Assembly (NCBI GenBank): GCA_036172245.1
Contig: JAYWIR010000022.1
Coordinates: 1,922,001-1,986,000 of the forward strand
From: Raillietiella orientalis
Taxonomy: Eukaryota
Length of the DNA stretch: 64,000 bases
Reading direction: 5' to 3'
The number at the start of each line of letters is the position of its first letter. Positions within the stretch are counted from its first letter, which is position 1. Positions 13,000 to 25,300 of the stretch are shown here, piece after piece. The position numbers and the translations under genes are program-made. The notes below the pieces were generated by a model. That model saw nothing but the letters and a program-made list of their open reading frames with translations, did not search any database and had not been told where the DNA came from.

Positions 13000-15900
13000 A
13001 GCCGGCGGCGGCGGCAGCAGCAAGAATGGAGGAAGAAGCAAGGAGGCAGAAACGCGGAAAAGGGGGCTGCAGCAGCTAGGAAAGTGCGAGAGAAGACCAT
13101 CCTTGGGGAGGTCTCGACCTGCCTTGAAGACTTGCCTTGACTCTTGCGCAGCGTTGAGCGTCTGAGCCGGGTCGACCAGGAGCAGCCTTCAACCTGCCCG
13201 AGGTAGTCCTTAGATCAACACCGGGTTCATCCCTCTTTGCTCTGAGAAGTCTTCCTGGACTCCTCTGCCGTACCATCGAAGAATGGTCTTCTGGAGAGGC
13301 GTCCGAAGATGGCAGCAGAAGCAGCAGGGGTAGGCGCCCGCCTCCCGTATGGCGGGGCCGAGCCGGGAACGCTTCGCACTTCCTCCTCATTGATGATCGA
13401 TCTTCTCCCCTCAGGGTCATCGGGAGGTCTTCCCCCCTTCGTCCTCCTACGAGGCCCATTGCATCTCCTGCCAAAGCGCAGACCTCTTCTTTCTGCACCA
13501 GAAAGAAAGGGGTCGATCCTCCTTTCATCAGGAACTGGCGAGCGGAACTCCGAAAGTGGATTGGTGGGTTTCTCTGAACCCCCTTCGCGTCCACCGTACC
13601 TCCTTGCTCTCCCACGGGCTGCTGCGAAGGAAACCCAGAGAAAAGGAACGAGAAGAATCCTTTTGGGGGTACCATTGGGACGATCGCTGGAGTGGTGCTC
13701 TGCAGCTACTTTCCTCCTCCGCTCTCCCTATGTTTCCTGGATGAAGAAGGGGTCGACTGGGATAGGCTCCTGGGGACCAAGGGATCAAAGAAAGAAACTG
13801 TCCGTTCTTCTGTGGGGAGAAGGAAGGAAGGCAATAAGAAGATACGCGTTTCCCGAAAGGCAGAGTGGGAAGAGAAGGAGAAGGAAAGTCGGCGGCCACT
13901 GGAGACGAATGGCGCTCATACTGGCCAGGGTGGTCAAAGGGAGCGGACTCTCCTGGAGCGATCTCCTCCCTCTTGCTCCTACCGGCTGGTAGAGCCGCTG
14001 CTCGTCTTCCTCCTTCTCCTTCGAGGTGCTCCCTCTATCTTTTGGCTCCGAAGTAGCCTTCAAGGATTCCGGGACGGGGTTGTGTGCGCGCTTGGAGGCT
14101 GCTAGGGCTGCTCTGCTGCTGCTGCAAGAATCATTGCCTTCCTTGCAGCCTCCCTCACGAAACATTGGCTCCTTCTCCATGGTGCTTTCCTTGGCATTGC
14201 TGCAAATTTCCACACTGGCCTCAGTCCGAGGAGAAAAGGACGAGGACGAGGAGGAGAATGGGCATGAGGAGGAGGGATGTCGCGGGGATTCCCGAGCACT
14301 TCCCAGAAACCCTGGGAAAGTCCGAAAGGCAGATGGCCGGGAGTCCCGTTGAGCGCAAAGGGGGGGGATCATTGGTGGCAAACAGGAAGTGGAAAACAGG
14401 GGTCAGGATCGGTTCCGGAGTTCCCTGAAGTTTACCAGGATGCGTCTTACCAGACGACCTTCTGTCAAGCTGCAGCTCTTTCCACGCCCCCAGATCGGGA
14501 CATCCATCTTCCTCCCGGAAGCGTCCAGGTCGGTCCGCAGCTGGAGGGAAATTCCGGGCCTACAATGAAGGCTCATCCACCTCATTCTGCTCCTCTCTCT
14601 CTTTCTCGCGTTCCCCCCAACGGAGGGAGCCTGTTCGAGAGCGAAAAGGAGGGAGGAAAAGGGAGAGGAGGAGGCAACGGAAGGCGGCGATATTCTGAAG
14701 CACCAGAAATCCTGTCCCTCTCGAGTGGAGCCGCACATAAGATTTTTCCTCTACGGCGAGGGTCTGCAAGAAGGATGGGAAAAAGGGAAGGAGTCAGACC
14801 GAACGGGCTTTTCCACATGATTGTCACGTCCCTCCCCCATCGCGGGATGCAGACGGCTGCTCCTGTCTGGTGATTCCTCTCCAGGAAAGGCGCAGACGAC
14901 GAGCAGTGAGGGACATGGAGAAGCCCTTTGGCCATGAGGGTGAGCGACGGGATGCTTCCTAGGAAACAGGAGACTGAAGGAACTGGACTTCCACTGCCAA
15001 GAGGACCTCTCCCAAGGCCTGTTCGCCCTGTTCCTTCCCCTCCTCCGGGCTTGAACGCGTCCGGTTCCTAAGGACGATATGCGACGAGCGGGGGGTAGCC
15101 TTGAACCCATGCTTCAGTGGAAGGGGATCTCTACTTGCTCCGAGTCTCGACCAGCCGGCGCCTCTGCCTCCCTCGCGACCACTTCCTTCCGGTGTAGGAC
15201 TTTTCAGTCGGGATGAAGAGACAGGGGTGGAGAGGCTCAAGGGAGGACGCCTGTTCAGCAGGAGAGGATCGGAGCAGCACTCAAGTGGAAATGTAGGGGC
15301 GGAGTCGTGGCTCCAGAAAGGGAGGAGATGGACCTTGGAAAGAAGGGTTGGGCCCTCCTCCAGGGCAGAGGAGAACGATCCACTGCTGCGGGGGACGTTT
15401 CCTCACCTCACCCACATCCTCAGTTTGGAAAGAGTTTGCTGAAATAGCTTTCCAGAGTCCCGGAAGATCTTCGGAGGATGACGAACAGACGAACAAAGAG
15501 GGAAGACGGCGACTGAAGAAGAGAGGTTGGGGGTACGCGCCCAAAGTGTCTTCCTGGAGGGTCAGGTCTCTCTGCACCGCAGCCATCCGGCCTGGAAGGT
15601 GGTGGAAGAACCACGGGAAAGGAGGTCCATCGGCGAAGGATGCTGCTGCCTAACGTGATCACCGAAGCTGAGCTCGAAGCCGCATTGGCTCTAAGGAAGT
15701 TCCCGCAGCGAAACCAAGAAGGACCGCGTGCACTCTCCCTGTCAGGGAGGAGGACGAGGATGACCACGCGAGACCCGCTGACCTGGAAAAGTCCTTCCCC
15801 TCCCCTTCCCTTGCCCTCAGTTACGGATTTAGGCGACAGGTGCGAGAGAGGAATGTATTTGGGCGTATCCTCCCCCGGGACGCAAGGAGGTGGCGAGGTA
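13000..15900 (-). mobile_element. DIRS retrotransposon relic (gag-like region + RT N-terminus)
   Basis: PVGAR (DIRS pol start), then PKGFFSFLF...TVDAKG...FLMKGGSTPFFLVQKEEV..GDA, resembling GFYSRLFLVPKK...DLK...FKMET...GD; upstream low-complexity gag-like ORFs. Confidence 0.6.
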
Positions 15901-16173
15901 GGATGGGCAGGCGGGGCCTTAAGGGAGGGAGCGACCGCGGGAGCACGAGCGACCGCTTTTCTCTCTTTCCCCGCCAGCTTCGTGCCGGCGGTGGGGGGGA
16001 GGGAGATGGTGGAAGGAAAGGGGAAAAAGAGCAGGGGAGGGGGAGGGAGGAAGGGACAGTCGTATTCCCGAGAGGGACCCGACGCAGGACCCGCAATCGC
16101 GGGCATTTGGCACGAGGGAAGGCGGGGCCAGCGGGCAACCGCCCGCTTCTCCCGTGAGCGCGCTGACGGCGGG

Positions 16174-16387
16174 CTACCTCGGAGCTCTGGAGGCGTAGTA
16201 GGGGCTGTGGCTCGTCCCGTTGGCGTACTTGGGAGGTGCCGCCGCGTTCTTGGAGGAGCCCGCTCCCCCAGAGTGCCGGCTGTGAGGTCTCGAGTGGACC
16301 ACCGAGTAGTGGTCGCTGTTGGTGGAGTACGACCGCGTGGAGCCCCCGGACAGGTAGTGTACAGGAGGCTTGCCGTTGAGGGAGTAT
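16174..16387 (-). CDS. ZP gene exon 10, cytoplasmic tail (RYSLNGKPP...DHYSVVHSRPHSRHS...APR*)
   Basis: cttccag acceptor, in frame to the TAG stop at 16176-16174. Confidence 0.9.
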
Positions 16388-19300
16388 CTGGAAGAGGAAG
16401 ACCACGTGCGAGAGGGAAGGAGATGGGCAGGCAGAACAAGCGGGGGAGCTCCTAAAGCGAGGAAACCCACCTGGACCCGTAGTGAGACCCTGGCCAGGCC
16501 ACCTTGTAAGGGTCGTACTCGTCGATGACCGATGGATCCTTCTCGAGGACCTCGGCCTTCGTGCAGCTGCACGTCATCGCCGAGCAGAGGAAGATATTGA
16601 TAAGCATCATGATCAGGAAAAGGATCCCCAAAGCGATGCAGAGGTACAGCATCCAATGAGGATTGATCCCGGAGCAGCTGGTCAGTCCGGCCAACACTGG
16701 GGAGGGCGAAAAGGAGATGTGAAGGAGAGTGGGTCCATGAGAAGGGAGCTCCGCCACCCCCCTCCGTGCTCACGTATGTCTTCTCCAGGCTCCAGCACGA
16801 ATACGGTGGTGGCTGCCATTAACATTCCGTCCTCCTGGATCCTGGGCGAATCATTGACCGCCCTCGACTGGGGTAGGCTGAGGGACGCCGCGCTGCATTC
16901 CGGATCCAGGCAGCCTCCTGCAAGAAGGGACCGTGATAGTTCCTCCTCTGGGAAGGGATTCGCGGGAATGAGGGAACGATCCTCCAGGGTAACCGTTTCC
17001 TCTCTCGGGAGATCGCGCGCTCCTCCTTGATGAGGAGAAGCGGTTCGGAGTGATCCAGCGAATCCTCAGGGAATCGCCTTGCTCCTACTCTCCCCCTTTC
17101 TAATCTCCGGGAACCCTCGGGAAGGGAGGGTACCCACCCTGCGTCTCGCTCCTTTCCCACCCTTGCACGCATCTTTCATGCCCCTCCCTTTTTTTTTTTT
17201 GGAACGTTTTTCACTCGCGGCAGCGGCTTTTGAGGATGCACGAACGCTACGAGTAACGGTCGGCCCGAGCGGCTAGCAGCACGAATTGCACCTCTTCCAC
17301 GGAAGTCTTTCCGCTTTTCGTCAGTCCGCTGCGTTGACTGCAGCCGGACACACGGATCGAGAGGCGAAGAGATTTTCTCCTAATCGACCATCTGCGGGAG
17401 AACAGTCTCATCATCTCTGTTCAAACACTCCTGACGCTCAAGGAGTTCCTCGGAGTCCCGCCGAAGTTTGCCTTTGCGGAAGCACCGACTCGAAAAAGGA
17501 ACAGCTGGGAACGCAGTTTGTGGTCCAGCGCGTCGGCAGCGTCAATTTTTAGCTCAGCTGTTGTTTGCACAGAGATTTCCTTGGAAGCTGCGCTGGCTTT
17601 CGTCGCGCTCTAAAAAGTTCAAGGACTGGCTTTTTATATTTTCCGATACGTGTGCCCGTTGTAACGATATCGTTTGTAACGACACCTGCGTGGTGTTGGT
17701 ACCCCTTGGAATGCGAGCGAAACTCACGGGACGCGCGCTTTCCAAAGAGTTGCGGCGCCATTCGCCCTTCATTGTTGCGCAATCCGCGTTGTTGGTGTCG
17801 TCACTGAGCCGTCAGAGCGAGGCGCAAGCGTTTCGGTGCAAGCGGATGCTGTGGTGGTCGCTCCTCCTCGCATTCCTCGTCTTCTCGGAGCACCTCTCCT
17901 GGCGATTTCGCTCTCTAATTAAACGTTGCCTTTCTTTCTTTTCATTCCGTGACTCTACGGAAGAAATGTCGCACGAAGGTTTAATTCGTTTCCATTGTAC
18001 ATTTCGCTTTCAGATCCCGTCAGACCACGGTCGATTGCATCGAACCGCTGCTGGATGTCAAGCTTTCAGCAGCCGAAAGGCTGAGTCGGATTCCAGTGGA
18101 AATGCACTTACACTCCCGTGGTTTATCAGACCGATTCGGATCCGCAACTGTTAATTATTACTCTAAAAGCACTTAACACACCACATTTGCACTGTTCGTT
18201 ACGTGGTAAAGTTATGGGATTTTAAAGATATGGGATCTGATTTATTGTGGCAGCTTTCCTATGTGACTCAAAGTTTAATTAGCGAGCCTTTCTCGCTGGC
18301 GCAATAAAGCATTCGGATCCATTGAAAGGAGGAGAAGAAAGGGAAAAAGCGAACTTTCCCTGCCGAATCGAGCTCTGGTATCATTCTGTGTCTTTTTTTT
18401 CTTTTCTTTTTTTCTTCAACCCCCCTCTGAAACCACTGTAATTAAAAACAAACAACATCAAAAAGGAGTTACAAATGCAGAGTTGCGCAAGGTCCATTAA
18501 ACTCTCTCTGAAAGGCCACTCTGCAAAAACCAAGACTTGAGATTTCTTTTTTCTTCCATCTTCTTCTTCTCCTTTTGAGAAACGCAGACGGATAGGGAAG
18601 TCTTCAGCTGCTTGGGCTCAGGACTTACACAATGGTAGCGTAACGCTCTGGGAAGCGAGAGATCACGGGAACGAACAAATGAGATTTCCCAGACTTATCA
18701 TGACTTTAATTGCCTGAAAAGGTCTCGAGAAGAGCCTCCCATTCGAATGGTAAATAAGAGAACAAATGAAACACAGAGAAGCTATCCTGCGTTGTCCGGA
18801 TGATGTATGTGACTTTTGTTCCGCTCGCCTTGAAATCAAGCTGCTGATGCGAGGAACCGAGGATGCTGATGGCCTCCTCACAACGTGCGTTCCTTCTGAT
18901 TGTACACTGCGTCACTGCACGCCTTCCAAAGCGTTGCCTACGCGGTGTTATTCGTAGAAGCAATAACAGATATGCTGTTACTCGACTTGTCATTCGCTTA
19001 GTAAAGGCAACCTGAGTACTGTAATAACGCGCGAGTATTTTACAATTGGATGCTTCTCTCCCCCCCCCCCCTCTTCTTCCCTCCCCCGGAAGTGCTGCTC
19101 GGAATAGAGGTCATCGTCCACGTGGAAGGGCAGAAAAACGTGTGACAGCGAAGTAGAAATTAACGCGCCTCCCAGGAATCACTTAATTAGTGAATTAGCT
19201 GGTGAAGCATACGCCATCTTAACGAACCTCCGGGCCGTCGGAAGGATGAATTACGCCGTTCCAATTAATTATGATAAGTGCAATTATAAATCATGCTTAT

Positions 19301-22300
19301 TAACCACAATTTGGCGAGATGCGTTAACTACTGCACTCTGCGTGGATGGAAGGCGCGCCACCCCACAAGAACGGGGCGTGGCTTTCTCGGTGGATCACTC
19401 GGGAATTCGCGAACCCAGTCGCACACTACAAGACGGAGACATGCACTTGATAACCTTTGCATTTGCATTTGTTCGGATGCTGCGTCTCAAACGCGCTCAT
19501 GCGCTCGTTCGTTATGAAAACATTTCAATTCCGTGCGCTGCGCGGTCCCAGCATGGTTTTCGTGCCCGGTTGCCACTAGCAGGTTTTTGCGCTCTCTCGG
19601 AGGAATGCGCTGCCTGCAAGAAAAATGATAGAAATACGACCTGCTGACGCACCTGCGAGAGAACGCAGAGCGCTTTCAGTCGCCTCCTGGTGAGCAAGGG
19701 TGGCTTTCCGAAAAGAGGGTGCATGGGCTTTCGAAAACGCTTTCTTCCCCCCTCCCGAAAAAAAAAAGAAAAAACGTGGCAGAGGAGCAAACACAGAATC
19801 CAGTCTCCCAGCGACAAGAAATCGTCTTCGAGGTTTTTGAAGCTCCTCCCCCCTTAAGGAGGAAGCGGAAAAGAGTTCTGATCTGGGAAAGGACGGAAAG
19901 AATAGGTACTGACCCAATGCAGTTGCGGAGAGTCAACCTCTCGTTCTCTTTGCGGAAGGGTGGCGGCGCGCTGCAAGCGCCTTCACAAAGAAAGTCTTCT
20001 TACCTTTGCATATTACAATCTCGCACTGGAAATGGACTTTATTGCTGTCTGGGAAGCGGAACATTCTGTACAAAATGGCGTCCGCCGTCCCCGTGCTTTC
20101 ATTGTACAGGAAGGGAGAGATGATGATGTTCTCGTCTAAAGTTGGGCACCTACGGGAAAAAGGACTGTTGAGAAGAATTGCTAAAGCAAGTTCTTTAGAA
20201 AGATGTGAAGGTGCCGGGGCTGCTGCTTCGACGCTTGAAGACTCGCGAAAGTGGTGGAATGTCTTCCCTTCGGTCAGAATAGTCTACACCTTGATGGGAA
20301 AACACCGCTACTGTGGATGGGAAGAGGCCGGCGTGGCAACTTTCCTTCTTTGGTCTCCGAAACGTGCTTGAAGACCGCTCGCCCAGATGGGTCGTTTTTT
20401 TCCTGTCAACGCCGGCAGGACAGGGGAGCGCAGCTCGGAGGGGAAAATTCCAGACTGTCCTTCTTCCCACCCACCCCACCTCCACACACACACACACGCG
20501 TGCTTTCGACCTCGTTCATTCGCAGGGCTCACCCGTTCTGGTCCAGAAGCTGCACGGACTCGTTCTTCCCGCTGAAGCTGAAGCAGGACCGCACTCTGAT
20601 CCCGTACAACTCTGGAAAGAAAAAATCCTGTATTAGAAGGAGGTGCGAAAGGAGACCGATCCAGAGAGTTCTGGCTCATGATTTTTGTTGTTGTTGTTGC
20701 TATCCTATGGATGGCGACAATCCTGAAAGCGCTTCGAAACGCAGCTGGCACATTCCCGAGGGAGAGCTGTAGGGACCCGCCCAGGGCATCATTGGAACGA
20801 TGACCCCGCGCGAACGAGCACCTAAGGTCGCTCAAAGCAGGAAGAGCGTCGAACCCTGGAAAAAACTGGGCAGCTCCTAGAGGTACGAAAAACGGAACCT
20901 GCCGCACTGAAATTGTTACAAAGGGCACCACCGGTGACCCAAAAAAGATGGCGCAGGCAACACAAGAACCCCCCAAAAAAGATAAGATACACACACACGG
21001 AAGAGACAAAAAAGAAAAGAAACGTCACGTGTCTTCCAGCAGAGCTTCATCCTGACCTAGGCACCCATAATTTGCTTATCTCCGTCCCAACTGAAATTCG
21101 ATGCGACGGCGATAAGAGCAGACCATTAAAAGATGCTGCATGTGGTGCCGTTATGATTGCTCGTTCTGAAGGATGGGAAACGAGAATTTTAAAACGCTTC
21201 CGGTTCCTTTTTCGGGAACCAGGAACTCTTGCCGGAATCCAGGTTTCCGGAAACCAAGGCAGAGGTGGAAAGAGGAACCCCCAAATCGCGAATGCTGGAT
21301 GACCATCATCAATCGGGATTTGAGCGATGGATTCTAAGAAACGAGTTGGAGGAGGAAGGAGACGGAGCATCCCGAGGGCTTAAGTCCCGTTCATAAAGGA
21401 AGAGACGAGCTCCCGTGAACTTCTCTCGGAACCGTTCGATGGTGATAAGCAGTCTTGTCGACCCGGGACCCGCGGTTTTGGTTAAGCGGTTCAAGGTGAT
21501 CAGCGAATCAGAATGCCCTCATCCCTCCCAGGAGCCGCTCAGGAGCTGTTCCCATGAAAATCCGCCTTGGGATGCAGGTGACGATCGAGGAACGGAGGGG
21601 GAGTTCCGCTATGCTCCTGGAGCGCGTAGGTGTGGCCTCGGGGGAATTTGTTCCCGGTGTCCCTCGCATGTTCCAGAGGTCGCGCGCGGGATGACTGCGA
21701 TTCCTGAAGCAGATGAAAAACGGGAAGCAAGTCCTGGGTCCTGGGGGTCTGCAGGATCGCATGCACACGCTGATGGTGGTCCGTCCGAGAGATTCTCAGG
21801 AGGCGCCAGGCAATGAAACTGCTCCCTGGAGCCAAGAGGAAAGCGTGGGAAGGGAAAGAGGAGGGGGGAAGGGACATCGCAAGGACGTTGTACGGTCCAC
21901 GGAAGGAGGCAGTTCCCGAGTACCTGCGGAAGAGATAGCGACAGCATGAGAAAAGAAAGAAAGAAGGGCATGGAGAACGCCTCTGGTTTTGCGGTGCTCT
22001 GCGATCGGCCACGAGGGCCGGACACGTCCAGCCGCCAGCGCGCAACGAGACCACCTCGCTGGGGAGTGCGAGCTGAACGGAGAGGGGCGGCTGCGACCGC
22101 CTGCGGAGGGGCTCCACCCCACGTCACGGAACCGAATCTCCTCCGAGAGCTCCTGCGCCCGAAGACGCGGCTGCGCTGGTGGGCGTTGCGATGCGGCAGC
22201 CTCGCGCAGGAGGGAAGGTCGCGCGCACGAGGGGCGGAGAGGAGAACAGGAGGACGAACGCGGGCCGCTCGGGGCACCGGGGGAAGCGGAGACTTCGGAC

Positions 22301-25300
22301 AAGGGGATGGTAGGAGGCAAAGACAAAACTGCCGCATCCGCGAACCTCTCCTCCCCCCCCCCTCCCTTCCCTTCGTTCCGCATTGCGGGGCTCGCGGGGA
22401 GGTAATTGCCATGCCGGGCGCGAGGTGTTCGTTCTGGCGAAGATGGGGAGTCCGGGTGTTCTTGCACCATTGCCCATCGGTGAAGAACGAGGGGAGGGGA
22501 AGAAGGAGGAGTTTTTTTTTGTCTTTTTCCCTTTTCTTAGGGACGCAAGAGGCTCCTTGGGTCGAGATTTCCTACCCTCCTCCTCTCCGCCGTGGTCCCC
22601 TCCGGCCTTCCCTCTCTTGGAATGGGACGCAAGGCAAAGAAGAATCGGATCCTGGCCTTGTTATCCCTCCCCCTCCCCCTTCCTGGGCGAGTGGGCAGCG
22701 CACTTCATCTGGCAAGAGCAGTCGAGGAGTCCGAATGGCGGTGATCTCGTAATGGATGCTGCTTGCTGGACCGTTCGCTTTCTACTGACGCTCATCCTTC
22801 CTTCCAAAATTCAAGCAGATTAAAACGGGAAAAAATGAATCCCCCAATTCCTCCCCCGTGCCTTCCGCGGGGATCCACGTGCAAACCGTTACCATCGTTC
22901 GCAGTCGCAACAGGATTCGGTCCCCGCGGCAGGGAGAGTTCGCGCAGGACCTTGGATGCTCCCAGCCGAAGAGGAAGAGGGGCGGTAGAGACGGCGACCG
23001 CTTCCTGAGAATCCCTGCTTCCTCTATTCCATGCGGACTTGCTCCTTCACGACGGCTGAGGAAAGGCTCTTCCGGGAAACCTACTGGCTCTGCTCAGGGT
23101 GGCTCCGGGAACAAGGCGAATACGTTCCCACCTGGAAGCGGTGGGGAAAGGGAATTCAACTCCTGACGCAGTTTTGAAACGCTCCTCTGCCATCCGTGAG
23201 TGCATTCATTCGTTGACCTCAGGAAGTTTTCGCCTTCCATTGCCGCACATCTTTGCGATCAGCTGAACAGCCCTACTCAAGGAGATCACCGCCATCCTTT
23301 CTAGCTCCTCCTCCTCCTCCTTCTAAGGAAGGGAGGGAGACAGGGAAATAATTCTCCTCTCGGACGATGCTTCATGGGAAAGTCACGCGAGCGCGTATTT
23401 GAGCGCACTCCAGGCACGAGAGCCAACAATCGAAACGACCGACAGCAAGCCAGATGAGCAAGGGTGTGGTCAGTTCCCAGATGCAGCAAGGGGGGGAGAT
23501 AGGCCTGCTGGTCCAGCCCCACCTTAAGAGTCTGCGACGGATCATGCAAACTGTGTGGGAGCCAGAAAGAAACCGCTGGGTTTCCACCACTCCCTCCGCG
23601 GGTTAAGCATTCTTCCCCTGAAGTACGATCCTCATCTTCTCGTGTGTGAGCATGGGGGATGGGGTGGGGAGATATTCCATTGCTTGACCAGAGAGCACCT
23701 GTCGTCTGAACAAGAACTGGCAAGAACTTCTGAGCTGGCAAGATTTTCTCCCGAGATGCCCCTGGCTACGTCTTCCAAACGAAAAACACCGAATCTGAAG
23801 GTCGGGCCACGTGAGCAGGGTAGTGGACACTTTGCAGCTCAGCCTGTTTCAGCCCCGGAAGTGACCTGCCAGCAAACGGAAATCTTCCACAATCTTAGAC
23901 TGCCAAATCACGGAAGGAAGTGAGAGTTCTTTCCCATTTCCATTCCGATCCCTGCCTACTCTTCGCTAAAAAGGAAAAGAATGCGCCCGGAGTATCAGTT
24001 TAGGGCGTGGTTCCACCTCATCCCTCTACTACGAAACCCACGAAAGAATGATGAGTTGGTGGGAGACAAAGGGGTGCACGAAGCATAGAAACGATGAGTT
24101 GAAAGCACCGCTTGCACGTGTTGGCGTCGCCCACGCAGCTTAGTCTTGGCCGCTCCTGGAGGCAAGGAGGAGGGGGAGGATTTCTCAGTGCGTGTGCACA
24201 CAGACGGCGAAAGTTTCGAACGAGCTTATGCTGTGCCTGAAGATCCTGGATGCTTCAGCTTGATGGCGAGAGCTGAAGACACGCGCAGCAGCCACACTGT
24301 CAGAGTACGTCGACGGCCACTGCTATTCAAAGAACGTCATTACGGGGGTAATCATGATGAAGACGGCTGCTCACGCACGCTTCAAATCTGTACAGAACAA
24401 AGAGCCAGACGTGGCGGTAATGGGCGTTTGAAAGGAACGCAAACGTCGTGGGCAGGCAGAAGGAAAATGCGCGGCTCGCGCGCTTTCGAAGGAGACGCAG
24501 CCCTCGAAAGTGAAACCGAGTGAAAGTTCATCTCAGCAGCCAACTGAGGACCGCATCGCGTGGAACGCGCGTTGGTGCTCGGGGCGAACAGCATCGCCTC
24601 ATCTGGTGCAAAATCTTGGCTTCCGGGCTAACAAGCCCTGGCGAAGTGGACGAGAGCTCCTTCCCGCTGGTCCACCGGCGGGCGGCTCGCGCCATCCAGG
24701 ATCCTCGACCGAGGCCTGCGTCTTCCAGGCAAGGGGCGCAGTTCCTTGAAGGAGCACCTGCCGTTCCGGAGGCGAGCCACCTCGGGTGGTGAATGCGTCG
24801 CGGGAGCGGCAGGCGTGCTGGTGGTGGCCATTTCCTTCGCGGTCCCTCTCGTCAAATCCGCCCCTCCCCCCGCGCGACGCTTATCAGCCCCGATTTTTTC
24901 GGCGCAGATATGGCCGGTGATGAAGGTCCCAATTGCTTCACGAGCGAAACACCCAGCTACGTGTTCTCCTCGGGCCGGGACACGAATTAAAAATTGATTA
25001 GCATTAAACCAGGGTGGGAATGGGACTGGGTGCTCGCGCGAAGGCGGCTCCGCCTCGACTGGGAGCCGGCCTAACAGCCACACCGGCGAGATAAATAAAG
25101 GCTCTCCCGAGCCGTGGGTGAGGAAAAGGGCACCTTCGGAGCGACGTGTTTTCGTGATGACTTCAAAGAATGTAGCCGAATGCATCATCATCAGGCGGGT
25201 GTGCGCAGCCGATCCGAGCCTCCGTCGCCGAGCGAACGGAAATGCTCTCGACCCCTCCGGCTGAGACATCATTCCGTCCGCCGTGTTCCAGTCTGCATGC

